Source: Candidatus Woesearchaeota archaeon (lineage in GTDB: Archaea > Nanobdellota > Nanobdellia > Pacearchaeales > GW2011-AR1). From it: a DNA stretch of 34,867 bases. The stretch lies in contig CAZUOZ010000004.1 in NCBI GenBank assembly GCA_964621965.1, positions 1 to 34,867 of the forward strand, read 5' to 3'. Every line of letters starts with the position of its first letter. Position 1 is the first letter of the stretch. A program made the position numbers and the translations under genes. Under the pieces are notes generated by a model that was given only the letters and a program-made list of their open reading frames with translations, was not told the origin of the DNA and made no database searches. Shown here in pieces: positions 33,151 to 34,867 of the stretch.

Positions 33151-33795
33151 ATGGTTTTACAAAAAAAAGATTTTATTGAAATAGAATTCACTGGAAAAAC
33201 AAAGGAAGGGGAGATTTTTGATTCAAATATAAAAGAAGATTTGAAAAAAACAAATTTATCTTCTGAACCAAAACCTTTTATTTTTTGCATTGGAGAAGGG
33301 ATGTTCTTAAAATCTGTAGAGGATTTTCTTCTTGGAAAAGATTTAGGGGAATATTATCTAGAGCTTTCTCCTGACAAGGCCTTTGGAAATAGGAATTCTG
33401 CTCTTGTACAAGTCTTACCTGGAAAGGTATTTAGAGAGCATAAATTAAATCCTATTCCTGGAACTATGTTCTCTTTTGATGGCAAATTAGCAAAAATAAT
33501 CTCTTCTTCTGGAGGAAGAGTCATAGTAGATTTCAATAATCCTCTTTCTGGAAAAGATGTAAATTATAAAATAAAAGTCCTGAGAAAAGTAGAAGATATT
33601 AAAGAAAAGATTAGTGCTTTTAACGAATTTTTGTTTAGAAAAAATTTTGATTTTGAAGTTAAAGATAAAAAAATAATCTTAAAAGTTGAAAAAGAGATGG
33701 TTCAGTTTATAGGCCTTTTTAAGGAAAAGTATAAGGATATTTTTGAGATGGATCTTGAAGTTCAAGAAATTAAGGATATAGAAAAGAAAGAATGA
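33151..33795 (+). CDS. FKBP-type peptidyl-prolyl cis-trans isomerase (archaeal SlyD-like, with insert-in-flap)
   Basis: IEFTGKTKEGEIFDSN and VDFNNPLSGKDVNYKIKVLRK (NHPLAGK-type motif). Confidence 0.85.
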   Translation: MVLQKKDFIEIEFTGKTKEGEIFDSNIKEDLKKTNLSSEPKPFIFCIGEGMFLKSVEDFLLGKDLGEYYLELSPDKAFGNRNSALVQVLPGKVFREHKLNPIPGTMFSFDGKLAKIISSSGGRVIVDFNNPLSGKDVNYKIKVLRKVEDIKEKISAFNEFLFRKNFDFEVKDKKIILKVEKEMVQFIGLFKEKYKDIFEMDLEVQEIKDIEKKE

Positions 33796-33980
33796 TTGTG
33801 TAGCTTTTTACACTATAACAATTTTTATAAACATAGGGAATTATTTTAACTAATGCAAAGAGTTGAGTCTAATAAAAGTTCTGAAAAGCGTTTTTATGCA
33901 ATTTCAATACTAGAAAATGAAAGAAATTGCTCATCATCGCCTAGTAGAGAGTTTAAAAAAAGTCAGAGGTTGTTTTTATA

Positions 33981-34867
33981 ATGGAGAACGCATATACAAA
34001 AAATACCGTTCCTAAGTATCCCTCAGATATTTCTCAAGAGGTTAGAGAGATCGATAAGGAGCTTGCAGAACTCATAAAAAAGCAAGCAGCAAAAATAAAA
34101 GTTATAGGGGTTGGAGGCGGAGGAGGAAATTCTCTTAGTCGAATGAGGGAAATTGGAATAAAAGGTGGAGAGCTAATTGCAATAAACACTGATGCTCAGG
34201 ATTTATTATATGCAAATGCTGATCAAAAAATACTTATCGGAAAAGAATTGACGCATGGATTAGGTGCTGGGAGTAATCCTCGAGTTGGGCAGGAAGCTGC
34301 AAAGGAATCCGAATCCGAAATAAAAAAGAAAATTTCTGGAGCAGATATGATTTTTATAACTTGTGGGCTTGGAGGAGGAACAGGAACAGGAGCAGCACCA
34401 GTAGTAGCTTCTCTTGCAAAAAAGCAAGGAGCCCTTACAATTGGAATAATAACTCTTCCATTTACAATCGAAGGAAAAAAGAGAATCGAAAATGCAATGG
34501 ATGGATTAGATAAAATGGAATCAATTGTTGACACACTTATCGTTATTCCAAACGATAAATTGCTAGAATTAGCACCAGATTTACCTCTTCACACAGCATT
34601 CAAAATCGCCGATGAAATACTAACAAATGCAGTTAAAGGCATAACAGAACTTGTAACAACATCAGGACTAGTTAATTTGGATTTTGCAGATATAAGAGCA
34701 GTTATGGTTGGAGGAGGAGTTTCTCTTATTGGAATGGGAGAGGCAGATACAGAAAATAGAGCAATAGAAGCTGTAGAAAAAGCGATACAGAATCCTCTGC
34801 TTGACGTAGATATTGCAGATGCTACTGGTTCTTTGGTTAATATTGTTGGAGGGCCAAATATGAGTTT
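33981..34867 (+). CDS. ftsZ: Cell division GTPase FtsZ (5' partial, runs off the window)
   Basis: Hand-translated from ATG 33981, with GAGGT about 10 nt upstream. IGVGGGGGNSLSRM, tubulin signature GLGGGTGTGAAPVVA, and NLDFADIRAVM. No stop codon before 34867. Confidence 0.93.
   Translation, partial: MENAYTKNTVPKYPSDISQEVREIDKELAELIKKQAAKIKVIGVGGGGGNSLSRMREIGIKGGELIAINTDAQDLLYANADQKILIGKELTHGLGAGSNPRVGQEAAKESESEIKKKISGADMIFITCGLGGGTGTGAAPVVASLAKKQGALTIGIITLPFTIEGKKRIENAMDGLDKMESIVDTLIVIPNDKLLELAPDLPLHTAFKIADEILTNAVKGITELVTTSGLVNLDFADIRAVMVGGGVSLIGMGEADTENRAIEAVEKAIQNPLLDVDIADATGSLVNIVGGPNMS

Noticed and set aside
33853-33980. Roughly 42-codon plus-strand ORF (MQRVESNKSSEKRFYAISILENERN...) in the FKBP-ftsZ spacer, and a 24-codon minus-strand ORF at about 30960-31035.
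   Set aside because: Both are short with no motif, no Shine-Dalgarno or TATA context that I could align convincingly, and a composition typical of AT-rich intergenic DNA.
34223-34534. 103-aa minus-strand ORF rich in Pro, Ala and Gly.
   Set aside because: It is antisense to the ftsZ GGGTGTG tubulin-signature region. It is the mirror image of a strongly conserved plus-strand gene.

Overview
This is an AT-rich, very compact window from an archaeal chromosome. Gene content and reduced gene lengths suggest a small-genome, DPANN-like archaeon, but that is inference only. About 13 kb (7279-20390, minus strand) is the classical archaeal ribosomal-protein superoperon. Its order is uL3-uL4-uL23-uL2-uS19-uL22-uS3-uL29-aSUI1-uS17-uL14-uL24-eS4-uL5-uS14-uS8-uL6-eL32-eL19-uL18-uS5-uL30-uL15-SecY-DUF106 insertase, followed by prefoldin alpha. 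Most junctions are 1-4 nt overlaps. A second translation cluster encodes uL1-uL10(P0)-P1 (26897-28645, minus), and a third encodes aIF5A-eL40-S2P protease (31116-33100, minus). The 53-aa eL40 gene is too short for the supplied ORF track and was found by hand.

Other recognisable genes:
- An N-glycosylation pair, AglB/STT3 with a WWDYG motif and a GT4 GlcNAc-1-P transferase.
- Two enzymes of the archaeal AMP/RuBisCO salvage route, AMP phosphorylase and an e2b2-type ribose-1,5-bisphosphate isomerase. No RuBisCO gene is in the window.
- Taw1/TYW1 radical-SAM enzyme, a GNAT acetyltransferase, an FKBP PPIase, an AI-2E family permease, and a 5' partial ftsZ at the right edge.
- An MNT/HEPN toxin-antitoxin-like pair.
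- An intron-containing tRNA-Ser(UGA).

Observations most worth follow-up:
1. A GC-rich 5' leader of about 140 nt upstream of rpl1, with mutually exclusive, strand-specific hairpins. It is a candidate L1 autoregulatory element.
2. A 22/24-nt duplication of the tRNA-Ser 3' end 174 bp downstream. Each copy is followed by its own hairpin plus T-run, which looks like an integration (att) scar or a decayed tRNA paralog.
3. Next to that scar, a translationally coupled DedA / serine hydrolase / GT2 cassette.
4. A uL10(P0) that appears to keep only one P1-binding repeat and lacks the conserved stalk tail.
5. A 116-aa stand-alone Rossmann-like protein with CARF-like motifs (weak, pattern-level only).

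No CRISPR array, rRNA gene or transposase was seen. All calls rest on reading the translated ORFs and the sequence by eye; no database search or folding program was run.
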